IMG/VR virus record: IMGVR_UViG_2713897325_000001
Span: 1 to 43,314 of that record
From: a virus
DNA: 43,314 bases
Reading direction: 5' to 3' (one strand)
Shown: in pieces, positions 43,040-43,314 of the stretch
Layout of the letters: each line of letters starts with the position of its first letter
Position numbering within the stretch: the stretch's first letter is position 1
Program-made: the position numbers and the translations under genes
Notes under the pieces: generated by a model
Seen by the model: the letters and a program-made list of their open reading frames with translations, nothing else
What the model was told of the DNA's origin: nothing
The model's database searches: none

Positions 43040-43314
43040 TACCGTAACCTCACGCGAATATAGCGACCGAACGGCGAGCCCTTACGTCTGGCGCTGGCCA
43101 CCTCTCGGCGGTAACGCGTGCGCAGGGCCTCGAGACGCTCGATCGGAATACGGTCGAGGCGCATGCCGTCAATTTCGTAACTCTGCTGATCCTTGGGAAT
43201 ACGCTTTTCGAGCGCAGCCTCGATCAGATCGAGCATTCGCTCGGCATGACTGCGACCGTCCACAAATCCAGCGCTCTGCAGATCCGCAAGGACCTTTACA
43301 AAGCCCTTGGCCAC
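43039..43314 (-). CDS. gpW-like head-tail joining protein, possibly truncated by the window edge (arm 2 copy)
   Basis: Exact mirror of 1..276. Confidence 0.6.
   Translation of the reverse strand: MAKGFVKVLADLQSAGFVDGRSHAERMLDLIEAALEKRIPKDQQSYEIDGMRLDRIPIERLEALRTRYRREVASARRKGSPFGRYIRVRLR

Larger units (their letters stand above)
1..43314. repeat. Window-wide perfect palindrome: arm 1 (1..21657) and arm 2 (21658..43314) are exact reverse complements
   Basis: All ORF-track entries occur in pairs with identical proteins at coordinates 43315-x. Raw sequence at 1-40 vs 43275-43314, 10921-10980 vs 32335-32394 and 13501-13516 vs 29799-29814 is exactly reverse complementary. The axis is TCTATAC|GTATAGA. 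Confidence 0.97.

Noticed and set aside
43300-43314. The window ends joining into a second palindrome (..GGCCAC + GTGGCC..) as a possible second telomere of a 21.7-kb hairpin-ended molecule
   Set aside because: Any sequence joined to its own reverse complement gives a palindrome at that junction, so it carries no information. The break falls at or inside a coding region (gpW-like). A 21.7-kb element lacking terminase, replication and lysis genes would not be a complete phage.

Overview
The 43,314-nt window holds only 21,657 nt of unique sequence. Bases 21658..43314 are the exact reverse complement of 1..21657: x pairs with 43315-x, and the axis lies between C21657 and G21658. Every ORF in the track has an identical-protein twin on the other arm, and three spot checks of raw sequence were exact. 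Each arm is the virion-structural arm of a GC-rich tailed phage or prophage. It starts with a lambda-like head module: a gpW-like protein, a lambda-family portal, one ORF fusing an HK97-type prohead protease to an HK97-fold major capsid protein, and FII-like and Z-like connector proteins. A complete P2-type contractile-tail module follows: V, W, J, I, a repeat-containing tail fibre, fibre chaperone, sheath, tube, E and E+E' chaperone with a T TTT TTA -1 frameshift site, a 1104-aa tape measure, U, X and D. Converging on this module from the axis side are three units. They are a type Ib parA plus a small RHH-like partner operon, a 51-aa ORF translationally coupled to an orphan C5 cytosine methyltransferase, and a signal-anchored 119-aa moron-like protein. 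About 460 nt of repeat-rich non-coding DNA separates parA from the axis. The axis sequence, CCCCATTCTATAC|GTATAGAATGGGG, resembles from memory the protelomerase target sites of linear plasmid-prophages (N15 and especially the phiHAP-1/VP882 class). The most economical reading is that this is the telomere-proximal arm of a hairpin-ended linear plasmid-prophage. It would have been read around its covalently closed end, or captured as an unresolved replicated-telomere (head-to-head) junction. A fold-back library or assembly artefact has to be excluded with raw reads. I saw no protelomerase, replication, lysis, terminase, integrase, tRNA, rRNA, CRISPR or IS element in the window.
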